A DNA stretch of 49,137 nucleotides from Chthoniobacterales bacterium (GTDB taxonomy: Bacteria; Verrucomicrobiota; Verrucomicrobiia; Chthoniobacterales; JACTMZ01). Both the position numbers and the translations under genes were made by a program. The stretch covers positions 1 to 49,137 of the forward strand of contig JBBECM010000003.1 in NCBI GenBank assembly GCA_040881855.1, read 5' to 3'. Position 1 is the stretch's first letter, and each line of letters starts with the position of its first letter. The notes beneath the pieces are model-generated. The model saw only the letters and a list, made by a program, of their open reading frames with translations. It did not search any database and had not been told where the DNA came from. Shown in pieces: positions 9,455 through 19,034 of the stretch.

Positions 9455-10287
9455 AGATCGCCGTCCTCTTTTTTCTCCTCTTCGTGGCGGTGGCGCCCGC
9501 GTCGGACGAAACACCGTCAGCCAAGGAACTGCTGGTCAAGCCGGAGGTAACCGAACGTCCGGTGGAAGCTGCCGCGTCGCCTTCCCCGGCGCGCCCCGGT
9601 GCGCCCCCCGTTCCGTCACCTTCTCCTCCCCCCGCCGAAGCCACGGCCGAACCCGCAGCGGAGCCCCCGGAGGATGAGTTGGTGCCGCCACCCTTCCCGC
9701 TTTCGCGTTATGAGGCGCTCTGGAAACGCTCGCCCTTCCAATTGGAGTCGGTGGCGCCCCCGGTCGAGTCGGCCGGTCTGGCCCAACGCTACGCTTTGAC
9801 CGGCCTGGCCGAGGTCGGAGGTGAGCCGATTGCTTTTCTCATGGAGCGTGCCACGCAGCAGCGGATGATGATCAAGCAGGGCGGCAGCGAAGCCGGTCTG
9901 ACCCTCGTGCAGGTCGATGTGGCGGCCGACAAATACAGCAATTCCACCGCGACCGTCCGTCAAGGTGCCGAAGTCGGTGTGGTCAAATTCGACGCCGGTC
10001 CGCCGCCCATGGCCGTCCCGGGCATGGCCATGCCCGTCCCACCACCACCGCAGATCCAACCAGGCAATCGCGCGGCCCAAGCCCCCGGAGTGCCGCCGCA
10101 AGGACAGGTTCCGGGGATGCCCGGCCAAGTGGCGGGCGTTCCCCAGCCGCCCATGCCCGTCCCCGGTTCTCCGGTGCCGCCGGGGACGGCGGTTGGCCCG
10201 AACGGACAGATCCCGCAACCCGGGCAGCAGCCCATGCCGCCTCCCAGGGTGATCCGGCGGCGGGCGATTGTTCCAGCTGCGCCTTGA
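9451..10287 (+). CDS. Pro-rich exported protein, GspC-like (HR domain)
   Basis: Signal/TM segment and RSPF...YALTGL...A-type core flanked by Pro-rich regions; directly upstream of the secretin. Confidence 0.55.
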   Translation: MKIAVLFFLLFVAVAPASDETPSAKELLVKPEVTERPVEAAASPSPARPGAPPVPSPSPPPAEATAEPAAEPPEDELVPPPFPLSRYEALWKRSPFQLESVAPPVESAGLAQRYALTGLAEVGGEPIAFLMERATQQRMMIKQGGSEAGLTLVQVDVAADKYSNSTATVRQGAEVGVVKFDAGPPPMAVPGMAMPVPPPPQIQPGNRAAQAPGVPPQGQVPGMPGQVAGVPQPPMPVPGSPVPPGTAVGPNGQIPQPGQQPMPPPRVIRRRAIVPAAP

Positions 10288-10315
10288 GAATCTCTCTTTC
10301 TCTGCTTTACTACTT

Positions 10316-12760
10316 ATGTTCCGACCCGCGATGGCTACCTCTTTGCTCCGACCGCTCCTTGTTTGCTCCACGGCTGTTTTTCTGGCCGTGGCGGTTCCCT
10401 TGGGAGCGCAGCAACCGCCTGCTCCGGACCCGGCGAACCCTCCCCAGGAGGAAGCGCCTTTGCCCCCGGCTGACCTCGATCCGGCCCCGCGCCCCGCGCC
10501 GCCGGTCCCGGCCGAGCAGACCGTCCGCCTGACCTTCCCCAACACCTCGATCACCGAAATCCTCAGTCTTTACGAGGTGTTGACCGGCAAACGGCTGGTC
10601 CGTGATTCGGCGCTGGCCCAAGGCGCGCCGCTCACCATCGTCGTGCCCGGCGAGGTGCCGAAAAGCGAGGCCATCCGGCTGATCGAAGCTTCGCTCCTCC
10701 TCAACGGCTACACTTTTGTCCCGGTCGACGAGAACACGCAAAAGATCCTCGGTCCCACGAAGTTTCCGCGGTCGGAGGGCATCCCGATTTTTTCCACCCC
10801 CTACACGCTGCCGGCCAGCGATCAGGTCGTGAGCTACTTCATGAAGTTCAGCTACCTCGCGCCCGAGCAGGCCGTGCAACTCTTCCAAACTTTCGTCAGC
10901 CCGCCCAAAGCTTACACCTCCTTCACCCCGGTGCCCAACGTGCAGGCCGTGCTCATCACCGAGAATGTCCCGGTCATCCGCAAACTCATCTCCCTGCAAG
11001 CCATGGTCGATGTCCCGCCGGCCCAGGTCGTGACCGAATTTGTCACCTTGAAGCGCGCGGACGCGGAAAAAGTCGTCGAGGTTCTGCAAAGTCTCGTCGA
11101 AAAGCGCGACGAAGGCGCCCCGGTTCCCGGCCAACCGGGCCAACCGCAAGTCGATGCCCAGGGTCAGATCATCCAAGCCACCTTGGCTACCGGCGGCGGG
11201 GCCCAATTCGAATCCAATCTCATCGTCGGCGAAACCCAACTGGCGGCCGATCCGCGCACCAACCGCATCCTTGTCGTCACGCGCCCGGTCAACATGCCTT
11301 ACATCAAAAAGCTCATCGCCGAACTCGACGCGCCCGTTCCGCTCGACGCCGTGCTGGAGCGCCCCCTGAAATTCGTCTCGGCCATCGACGTCCTCCCCGT
11401 TCTCAGCGATCTGCTCTCCGACGGCGACACCGAAGGCGGCGGGGCGACCACCGGGCGGTCAGGGGGCGACCGCGCGGTGATCGAAGGTGGCGCCGGCACC
11501 GGGCAGGGCATCGGGTCGGACGGCGGACTTTCCACCGGGGGCGGCACCAGCCGTCCCGATCGCATCCGCGAACCCACCGAGGACGGCGCCCCGCAGTCGA
11601 TCATCGTCGGCAAGACCAAGATCATCGCCGACAAAAGCTCCAACACGATCATTGTCTTAGGCCCGCCCGACAGCCGCCAGAAAGCCGGCCAGCTCCTCGA
11701 CATGCTCGACGTGCGTCCGCGCCAAGTCTACATCGCGGCTGTCATCGGCGAGTTGAATTTGTCCGACGAGATGGAATTCGGGTTCAGTTATTTCCTGCGC
11801 TACACGAGCAACGGCGCAGGCACTGGTCTGGCCGGTTCGCTGATCAACCCGCTCGGTCTCGACCCGGGCAACGTGCTTTCCGGATCGAACCTGCCGAGCG
11901 CGGGCGATCTCCTCCGCCCGCAATTGTTTCAGGGCCTGCAGGGCCTGACCCTTTACGGCACCATTGCCGACGCGGTCGACGTCTACGCCCGCGCCCTCGA
12001 GGAAACCGGGAAATTCAAAGTCCTCTCGCGGCCGGTGGTCTACACCTCGAACAACAAGAAAGCCGTGATCAGCTCCGGCCAGCAGGTGCCTTTTGTCAGC
12101 AGCACGCTGGCCTCCTCCACCATCACCACGCAGAACACCACCGGAATCAGCTCGAATATCACCTACAAGGACGTTCTGCTGAAACTCGAGGTCTTGCCGC
12201 TGATCAATGCCAACAAAGACGTCACGCTGGTCGTCGTGCAGACCAAAAACGATGTGCTTCGTTTCGAAAACCTCGGGGGCAACCTCACGCCCATCATCGG
12301 CTCGCAGGAACTCACCACCACGGTGACCGTGCCCAGCGGCGGGACTGTCGTGCTGGGCGGTCTCATCGTCGAGCGCATGGAGGCCGGCGACGCCGGAGTG
12401 CCCTTCCTCATGCGCATTCCCGTGCTCGGCTACCTGTTCAAACAGAACTCGCGCAAGGTGCAACGGCAGGAACTCCTTGTCCTCCTCCAGCCGACCGTGG
12501 TGGAGAACGACGCCGACCTCGCGGAGGCCAGCTGGCAGGAACGCTACCGCAGCAAGATCGGCGACGAAGCTTACGCCGAGGCCGCGCCGCCGGCTTTCGC
12601 CAACACGCCGGTCGTCTTTGACGGGCAGGAACTCGAGTCCGACAGCTCCGTGCGCAAACCGCGCGATCCGTTGCGTCCGGCGGGTTGGGACGACGAGGAA
12701 TACGCGCCGGACAAAGCCCAGCGCCCGCGCACAAAAGAAAAGGCCAGCGCCCCTCAGTAG
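10316..12760 (+). CDS. gspD: Type II secretion secretin D
   Basis: N0 domain (LTFPNTSI), repeated N-domains (ADPRTNRILV, ADKSSNTIIV), LDVRPRQVYIAAVI and VPFLMRIPVLGYLFK secretin motifs. Confidence 0.93.
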   Translation: MFRPAMATSLLRPLLVCSTAVFLAVAVPLGAQQPPAPDPANPPQEEAPLPPADLDPAPRPAPPVPAEQTVRLTFPNTSITEILSLYEVLTGKRLVRDSALAQGAPLTIVVPGEVPKSEAIRLIEASLLLNGYTFVPVDENTQKILGPTKFPRSEGIPIFSTPYTLPASDQVVSYFMKFSYLAPEQAVQLFQTFVSPPKAYTSFTPVPNVQAVLITENVPVIRKLISLQAMVDVPPAQVVTEFVTLKRADAEKVVEVLQSLVEKRDEGAPVPGQPGQPQVDAQGQIIQATLATGGGAQFESNLIVGETQLAADPRTNRILVVTRPVNMPYIKKLIAELDAPVPLDAVLERPLKFVSAIDVLPVLSDLLSDGDTEGGGATTGRSGGDRAVIEGGAGTGQGIGSDGGLSTGGGTSRPDRIREPTEDGAPQSIIVGKTKIIADKSSNTIIVLGPPDSRQKAGQLLDMLDVRPRQVYIAAVIGELNLSDEMEFGFSYFLRYTSNGAGTGLAGSLINPLGLDPGNVLSGSNLPSAGDLLRPQLFQGLQGLTLYGTIADAVDVYARALEETGKFKVLSRPVVYTSNNKKAVISSGQQVPFVSSTLASSTITTQNTTGISSNITYKDVLLKLEVLPLINANKDVTLVVVQTKNDVLRFENLGGNLTPIIGSQELTTTVTVPSGGTVVLGGLIVERMEAGDAGVPFLMRIPVLGYLFKQNSRKVQRQELLVLLQPTVVENDADLAEASWQERYRSKIGDEAYAEAAPPAFANTPVVFDGQELESDSSVRKPRDPLRPAGWDDEEYAPDKAQRPRTKEKASAPQ

Positions 12761-12773
12761 GCGTCCGTCCGCC

Positions 12774-14492
12774 ATGGCCTTGATCCCCGAACTGGTCGAG
12801 ATGGCCGCCCGCCACGGGGCGTCCGACCGTGAGAAAATTTCCTCCTCGCTGACCGAAGCCGCCCGCAGCCAGTCGTCCATGTTGCGCGCCCTGCTCGACA
12901 ACGCGGAACTGGACGAAACCGGGTTCTACCGCGAGCTGACCGAAAAATTCCATCTCCCGTGGGGCGGGGCCGAGATCGCCAAGGCCACGCCCGAACTTCG
13001 CGCCAAGCTTCCGGCCCGCATTGCCCTGCGCTACCAGCTCCTGCCGGTCGGCGTGGAGAACGACCAGCTCACCTTGCTGACCTACGACCCGTTCGATCTC
13101 CTCGCCCGTCAGGCCGTGGCCGAGGCCGTGCCGCAGCGCGTGCGCTACGAGGTCTACACACGCAAGGGCATCCTGCCGGCCCTGCGCCAGGTTTACGGCA
13201 TCGGTGCCGAAACGTTTGAGGAACTGCTCGAGGGGCGCGCCTCGGACGACGAACTCGACCAGATCCGCGGCGACGAGGTCAATGTCCTTGACGAGAACGA
13301 ATCCGAGGAAGCCTCGGTCAAAAAATTCATCAACCAAGTCATCCGCGAGGCCCTGCGCGAGCGCGCGACCGACATCCATGTGGAACCCCTGTCCGACGAC
13401 CTGCGCGTGCGCTACCGCATCGACGGCGTGCTGCAGGAAGTCCCGATTCCCGCGCAGATGCGCAAACTGCAGCGCTCGGTCATCAACATCCTCAAGCTCA
13501 CCGCCGGCCTCGACCTCGGCGAGGACCGGCGTCCGCAGGACGGACGCATCTCGCTCGAGTTGGGCGGACAGCCCATCGACGTCCGCGTCGCCTCGATCCC
13601 CACGATCAACGGCGAAAGCATCAGTCTGCGTCTTCTCGGCAAGGAAATCTTCAGCCTCGAGCGCCTCGGTCTCGACGACGATTACGCCGGCAAGATCCGC
13701 GAACTGCTCGCCATGCCCAACGGGATCATCCTCGTTACCGGTCCGACCGGTTGCGGCAAGTCGACCACGCTTTACACGTTCCTCTCCGGTCTCAACACCA
13801 AGGAACGCCGCATCCTGACCATCGAGGATCCGGTGGAGCACAAACTGCCTGGCGTCAACCAGAGTGCGGTGCAGCCCGACATCGGCAACACCTTCGCCAA
13901 TCTCCTGCGCAGTTTCCTCCGCGGCGACCCGAACGTCATCATGGTCGGCGAAATGCGCGACTACGAAACGGCCGAGATCGCCATCCGCGCCGCGCTGACC
14001 GGCCACTTGGTCTTCAGCACGCTGCACACCAACGACGCGGTCGGCGGCATCACCCGTCTGCTCGACATGGGCGTCGAGCCCTTCCTTGTGGCCAGCGCGG
14101 TGCGCGCCTTCATCGCCCAGCGTCTGGTGCGCCGGCTCTGCCCGGTTTGCAAAGCCCCCGCCCAGTCCGGAGATTACGCGCCTTCTTACCTGCGAAGCAT
14201 CGGTTTGCCCGCGGAATACGAACCGAAGATCATGCGCGCCGTCGGCTGCGAAAGTTGCCGTATGTCCGGCTACGAGGGACGCCTCGCCATCGTGGAAATC
14301 TGCATGGTCACCCCCAAGCTGCAGGAAATGATCACCCAGCGCAAAACGGCCGCCGACCTGCGTCCGGCCGCGGAGAAAGAAGGCATGCGTCCGCTGCGCA
14401 AATACGGTTTCGACAAAGTGGCGTCCGGCCAGACAACGATCGAGGAAGTCATGCGCGTGACCACGGCCGACCTCAACGCCCTCGACGAGTAG
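12774..14492 (+). CDS. gspE: Type II secretion ATPase E
   Basis: Walker A GPTGCGKST, TIEDPVE, LRGDPNVIMVGEMRD, TGHLVFSTLHTND and CxxC...CxxC zinc motif. Confidence 0.95.
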   Translation: MALIPELVEMAARHGASDREKISSSLTEAARSQSSMLRALLDNAELDETGFYRELTEKFHLPWGGAEIAKATPELRAKLPARIALRYQLLPVGVENDQLTLLTYDPFDLLARQAVAEAVPQRVRYEVYTRKGILPALRQVYGIGAETFEELLEGRASDDELDQIRGDEVNVLDENESEEASVKKFINQVIREALRERATDIHVEPLSDDLRVRYRIDGVLQEVPIPAQMRKLQRSVINILKLTAGLDLGEDRRPQDGRISLELGGQPIDVRVASIPTINGESISLRLLGKEIFSLERLGLDDDYAGKIRELLAMPNGIILVTGPTGCGKSTTLYTFLSGLNTKERRILTIEDPVEHKLPGVNQSAVQPDIGNTFANLLRSFLRGDPNVIMVGEMRDYETAEIAIRAALTGHLVFSTLHTNDAVGGITRLLDMGVEPFLVASAVRAFIAQRLVRRLCPVCKAPAQSGDYAPSYLRSIGLPAEYEPKIMRAVGCESCRMSGYEGRLAIVEICMVTPKLQEMITQRKTAADLRPAAEKEGMRPLRKYGFDKVASGQTTIEEVMRVTTADLNALDE

Positions 14493-14498
14493 TCCGCC

Positions 14499-15725
14499 AT
14501 GCCTGTCTTCGAATACGAGGCGCTGCAGGCCGGCGGGGGCAAGACCTCGGGCGAACTCGAAGCGTCGAGCCGTCAAGAAGCCTTCAGCAAACTGCGGCAG
14601 CAAAACCTGCAGCCTTTCAAACTTGCGGCCAAAGGTGCGGCGGAGGCCGCCGCGGCCAAAGGGAACGAGGCCCCCGCGTCCAACGTTCTCACCCGCCCGC
14701 AGGTTCTCCTTTTCACCGAGGAGCTGTGCGAGTTGCTCGAAGCCGGACTCAAGCTCGACCGCGCCTTGCAGGTCATCGAGCAGCGCCAAGACAAAAGCGC
14801 GCTGCGCCACGTGGCGGCCAGCGCGCGCCAGTCGCTGCGCGAAGGCGCGACCTTTTCCGCCGCCCTGCAGAAAGCCAGCCCGAGCTTCAACGAGCTTTAC
14901 TGCAACATGGTCAAAGCGGGCGAGGCTAGCGGCACGGTTTCGAAGATCCTCAAGCGGCAGGTCGAGTTTCTCACCATGATGGGCGACCTGCAGCGCCGCG
15001 TGACCAGCGCGCTCATCTACCCTTCGGTCATTTTCGCCGCGGGCATCGCGCTCCTGGTCATTTTCATGACCTTCCTCCTGCCGCAGTTGACTTCGCTGCT
15101 CAACAAAACCGGTCAGACCTTGCCCCTGGCCACGCGCATCCTCATCGGCACGAGCGAATTCATGGGATCCTACTGGTGGGTCATCCTCCTCGTGCTGGCC
15201 GCCGCCTTCTTGGCCTTCCGTCATTTCACCAGCAGCGGCGAGGGGCGCGCGTGGTGGGACAAGACGAAGTTGCAGCTCCCCATTTTCGGGCCGCTCCTGC
15301 GCATGCGTTTCTACGCGCAATTCACCCAGACGCTGGCCACGCTGCTCAACAACGGTGTCTCGCTCATGCAGTCGATGCAACTGATCCGCAACGCCACGCC
15401 GAATGTCCACCTGCAGGAATTGCTCGAGAAGGTGGCCGATCACGTGCAGGAGGGCGCGCAATTGTCGCGGGCCATCGGACGCACCCAATTTTTCCCGCCG
15501 ACCATGATCGATATCGTGCAGGTCGGGGAGACGACGGGCGACCTCGGTGCCGCCCTCGAGCGCAGCGCCAAGACCTACGACAAACAGCTTTCGGTCGTCA
15601 TCGAGCGCGTCACCGCCCTCATCCAGCCCATGGTCATCCTCATGGTCGCGCTCTTCGTCGGATTGGTTGCCTATTCCATGATCACGGGTATCATGCAGAC
15701 CGTTTCCGGCCTGCCCAAACGCTGA
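14499..15725 (+). CDS. gspF: Type II secretion inner membrane protein F
   Basis: MPVFEYEAL, GEASG, ALIYP and GETTGDL; two T2SSF repeats. Confidence 0.94.
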   Translation: MPVFEYEALQAGGGKTSGELEASSRQEAFSKLRQQNLQPFKLAAKGAAEAAAAKGNEAPASNVLTRPQVLLFTEELCELLEAGLKLDRALQVIEQRQDKSALRHVAASARQSLREGATFSAALQKASPSFNELYCNMVKAGEASGTVSKILKRQVEFLTMMGDLQRRVTSALIYPSVIFAAGIALLVIFMTFLLPQLTSLLNKTGQTLPLATRILIGTSEFMGSYWWVILLVLAAAFLAFRHFTSSGEGRAWWDKTKLQLPIFGPLLRMRFYAQFTQTLATLLNNGVSLMQSMQLIRNATPNVHLQELLEKVADHVQEGAQLSRAIGRTQFFPPTMIDIVQVGETTGDLGAALERSAKTYDKQLSVVIERVTALIQPMVILMVALFVGLVAYSMITGIMQTVSGLPKR

Positions 15726-16690
15726 TGAAAACGCCCGCCCCCTCCCGTCTCGCCGCGCTTTTCGCCGCCATGCTTCTTTTTCCGGGCTGCGCCGTGGTGG
15801 AGGACACCCGCCAGAGGGCGGAAAAGCAGAAGGTGACCAGGCAAAACCAGGCCCACGCCGCTTTCCGCACCCAGCCCGGCTGGCGCAAGCAGACTTACCG
15901 CAACGAGGAACTGCTGGCCAAAGCCACCGCGCAAAATACCGCGGTGGAAATCGCCTTGCGCGAGCAGCGCGGTATCCTCCTGGTCGACGGTGCCGTGGCC
16001 ATGGATTTTCCCGTGGCCACCGGCAAGTCGAGCCACCCGACCCCCAAGGGTTCCTACAAGATCCTCGAGAAAAAAGAAAAGCACGCCTCGAACCTCTACG
16101 GCCACATCGTTTCGGGTTCCGGTTCGACCGTGGTCTCCGATGCCGACACGCGCGACCACGGTGTGCCCGCGGGCGGACGTTTCATCGGCGCTCCCATGCC
16201 CTACTGGATGCGTATGACCACCACCGGCGTGGGCATGCACGTGGGCAACGTCCCCGGACACCGCACGGCCTCGCACGGTTGCATCCGGCTGAAGAAAGAC
16301 ACGGCGGTTCAGCTTTTTTCCGTCCTCGTCCTCGGCTCGCCCGTCACGGTGGATTCCTTCGCCCCCGCCCTCGGCGGGCCGCTCGGCGCGGAGAGCGTGG
16401 TGGTGGCCGAAGTGACGGCCAAGCCGCGCGCGAGGACGCGGCCCAAACCGAAAGCCCCGGCGGCACCGGTGGCCGAACAGCCCGTGCAGGTCGTGGCTAA
16501 CGAGCCGCAGATCGGATCGCCGGCCAACGAAGTTTCGAGTGCGCCCGAGACAGCGCCGGCCGAGGCTGCGCCGCAATCCGCCGAGTCGGTGATCGAACAG
16601 ATTGTTGCGCCTAGGACGACCACGCCGGAGCCTGCACCGGCTCCGCCGGCTCCTGTCGATTCGTCGGCGGGGACGCCGTCGCTACAGTAG
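15725..16690 (+). CDS. L,D-transpeptidase (YkuD family) lipoprotein
   Basis: Lipobox-like LLFPGC, ATGK..HPTP.G and catalytic MHVG...SHGCIRL. TGATG overlap with gspF; Pro/Ala-rich tail. Confidence 0.88.
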   Translation: MKTPAPSRLAALFAAMLLFPGCAVVEDTRQRAEKQKVTRQNQAHAAFRTQPGWRKQTYRNEELLAKATAQNTAVEIALREQRGILLVDGAVAMDFPVATGKSSHPTPKGSYKILEKKEKHASNLYGHIVSGSGSTVVSDADTRDHGVPAGGRFIGAPMPYWMRMTTTGVGMHVGNVPGHRTASHGCIRLKKDTAVQLFSVLVLGSPVTVDSFAPALGGPLGAESVVVAEVTAKPRARTRPKPKAPAAPVAEQPVQVVANEPQIGSPANEVSSAPETAPAEAAPQSAESVIEQIVAPRTTTPEPAPAPPAPVDSSAGTPSLQ

Positions 16691-16692
16691 AT

Positions 16693-16716
16693 GTAGCGGC
16701 ACCGTCCACGGCGCCG
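16693..16716. repeat. Single GTAG-type REP-like hairpin
   Basis: GTAG cggcaccg tcca cggcgccg, between two convergent genes. Confidence 0.45.
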
Positions 16717-16723
16717 GATGCGC

Positions 16724-18211
16724 TTAAAAGTCCCCTGCGCGCAGCGATTCAAAAGCCCGCCCGATATTTTCCAGCACATCCACCGGGGCGAGGGATTCCG
16801 ACGACTGGCCGCCGCGCGTCACGGCGATTTCCGCCGCGCGTCCGCAAACCCACGCGCCGATCGACGCGGCAAGATAGGTCTCCGCTCCTTGTCCGATCAG
16901 CGCGCTGCACACCCCGGTGAGCACATCACCCATCCCGCCGGTGGCCATGCCGGGATGACCCGTGGTGTTGTAACGCAAGGGGCGTCCTTTTTCCGCGATG
17001 ACCGTGCGTGCGCCTTTGAGCAGCAAAGTCACCGCATGCCGATCGGTGAATTCGCGGGCCACGGCGGCGCGGTCTTTGATTTTTTTGCCGGCGAGCAAGC
17101 GTGTCATTTCGCCGGGATGCGGGGTGAGCAGGCGCGGGCCCTTGGCTTGGTCGAGGTGTTGCAAACCGGCGTGCGCGACGATGGTCAGGGCATCGGCATC
17201 GACCACGGCCGGGCAAGGGGCCTCGCGGACAATACGCAAAGCGCGCGCCTCGGATCCGCTGCCGAGCCCCGGACCGATGCCGATGGCGTCGACCGGAAGG
17301 GTGAAGACATCGGTCAGCTCCTTGAACGGCCGCACCATAACTTCCGGTATGACCGTGGTGGCGAGCAGTTCGTAAGCGTCGGGCAAGGCGCCGAGCGAAA
17401 CGAGCCCGGCCCCGCCGCGCACCGCACCCGCCGTGGCGAGGCGGGCGGCACCGAGCGTGCCGCGCGATCCGGCGAGAATGACCACCCGCCCGCACATGCC
17501 CTTGTTCGTGTCGAACGCGCGTGGCAGCCAGTGGCGGCGGAGCAAAGGTGCGGTGAGCACCTCGGGTCCGCCGTGCTCCCCGGGCACGAAGTCGGGAATC
17601 TCCAGCACGGCGATACGCCCCACGTGATTGGCCGCCGCATCGGCGACGAGACCGGTCTTGGCGAAGCCGATCGCCGCGGTGAGGTCGGCTATGACACAGG
17701 GATCCCCGGGTGCACCGGTGTCGGGATCGAGGCCGGAGGGAAAATCGACCGCCACGGTGCATGCCCCGGCCTCGCGGCGCAGGGTGTTCATCTCCACGGC
17801 CAGCGAGGCCAGCGGTTCGCGCAAGGGACCGCGGGTGCCGAGGCCGACCAGAGCGTCAAGTTGGACCAGCGGGCCTTCCCGCGGGACGGACGGCTGGAAA
17901 GGTTCGCGCAGCACGGCCGGGCGGAAGAGGTTGAATTTTTGGCGCGAGAGCGGGGCGAGGTCCGCGAGGTCAACCGCGCTGCGCACCAGCACGCGCCATC
18001 CGGCGGCGGACAAATGACGCGCCGCGACAAAGGCGTCGCCGGCGTTGTGTCCTTTGCCGGTGGAGCAGACGAGGAGACCCGGGTGGGGGTGGAACTGCGT
18101 GATGCAGCGCGCCAGCTTGGCACCGGCGGTTTCCATGAGCACATCGGCCGCGATGCCGCGCGCGATGGTGCGCGCCTCGAGGGCCTGCATGGCTTCGCGG
18201 GAAAGGATCAT
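16724..18211 (-). CDS. nnr: Bifunctional NAD(P)H-hydrate epimerase/dehydratase
   Basis: YjeF N-domain (LMETAG, GKGHNAGD) and C-domain (IGPGLG, VVDADAL, TPHPGEM, ATGGMGDVL). Confidence 0.93.
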   Translation of the reverse strand: MILSREAMQALEARTIARGIAADVLMETAGAKLARCITQFHPHPGLLVCSTGKGHNAGDAFVAARHLSAAGWRVLVRSAVDLADLAPLSRQKFNLFRPAVLREPFQPSVPREGPLVQLDALVGLGTRGPLREPLASLAVEMNTLRREAGACTVAVDFPSGLDPDTGAPGDPCVIADLTAAIGFAKTGLVADAAANHVGRIAVLEIPDFVPGEHGGPEVLTAPLLRRHWLPRAFDTNKGMCGRVVILAGSRGTLGAARLATAGAVRGGAGLVSLGALPDAYELLATTVIPEVMVRPFKELTDVFTLPVDAIGIGPGLGSGSEARALRIVREAPCPAVVDADALTIVAHAGLQHLDQAKGPRLLTPHPGEMTRLLAGKKIKDRAAVAREFTDRHAVTLLLKGARTVIAEKGRPLRYNTTGHPGMATGGMGDVLTGVCSALIGQGAETYLAASIGAWVCGRAAEIAVTRGGQSSESLAPVDVLENIGRAFESLRAGDF

Positions 18212-18236
18212 GGACTCGGTCCCGCGCGGCGCAGGG

Positions 18237-18932
18237 TCAGTCTTGTTTCGCCTCGGCGTAGCGTCCGGCCACGTAGTCCCAGTCGACCACTTTCCACCAG
18301 GCGTCGACGTAGTCGACCCGGCGGTTCTGGTTTTTGAGGTAGTAGGCGTGCTCCCAGACGTCGAGGCCGAGGAGGGGCTTGCCGCCGTTCATCATCGGGT
18401 TGTCCTGGTTCGGGGTGGTCTCGATGACCATTTCGCCGTCGGGGGTGATGCTCAACCAGGCCCAACCGCTGCCGAAGACTTTCATCGCGGCGGCGCTGAA
18501 TTCTTTTTGGAATTCCTCGTAGCTGCCGAAATTTTCGTCGATGGCCTCGGCCAACTCGCCGGACGGACGGCCCCCGCCGCCGGGTTTCATCATGAGCCAG
18601 AAGAGCGAATGGTTCGCGTGGCCGCCGGCGTTGTTGCGCAGGTTGGTGCGGATTTCGTCAGGGACTTCGTCGAGATGGGCCACGAGATCCCAGACGGACA
18701 TTTTCGAGAGGTCCTCGTTGCCCGCGAGCGCCTTGTTGGCGTTGTTCACGTAGGACGCATGGTGCTTGTTGTGGTGGATCTCCATCGTCTCGGCGTCGAT
18801 ATGCGGCTCCAAGGCGTCGTAGGCGTAGGGCAACTCGGGCAGGGTGAAGGGGCCGGCGGGCGGGGTGTCGGAGGCGGCGGCGGTCAAGGTGGCGGCCAGA
18901 AGCATGGTGGGAACGGAGAACAGGGTTTTCAT
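18237..18932 (-). CDS. sodA: Mn/Fe superoxide dismutase (Mn-type signature) with signal peptide
   Basis: [24 protein letters not shown] and DVWEHAYY motifs, preceded by an N-terminal signal-like extension. Confidence 0.92.
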   Translation of the reverse strand: MKTLFSVPTMLLAATLTAAASDTPPAGPFTLPELPYAYDALEPHIDAETMEIHHNKHHASYVNNANKALAGNEDLSKMSVWDLVAHLDEVPDEIRTNLRNNAGGHANHSLFWLMMKPGGGGRPSGELAEAIDENFGSYEEFQKEFSAAAMKVFGSGWAWLSITPDGEMVIETTPNQDNPMMNGGKPLLGLDVWEHAYYLKNQNRRVDYVDAWWKVVDWDYVAGRYAEAKQD

Positions 18933-18985
18933 AGCGTCAATAAGCCGAACACGGGCGGACGGCGGGTGCAAGATTTCCCGTCAGG

Positions 18986-19013
18986 TTGACTTGGTCCGCC
19001 CGTGCTTTACGCT
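18986..19013 (+). promoter_or_regulatory. Putative sigma70 promoter for the phosphatase-glyA gene
   Basis: TTGACT, 16-nt spacer, TACGCT; ATG at 19035. Confidence 0.5.
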
Positions 19014-19034
19014 GGCGCGACAACGCGCGGAACC

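Noticed and set aside
12438-15488. 1016-aa minus-strand ORF, and other long antisense ORFs such as 166-1353, 24303-26459, 39556-41442 and 41547-43403
   Set aside because: They mirror well-supported genes on the opposite strand and have no recognisable motifs. Such shadow ORFs are expected in high-GC DNA.
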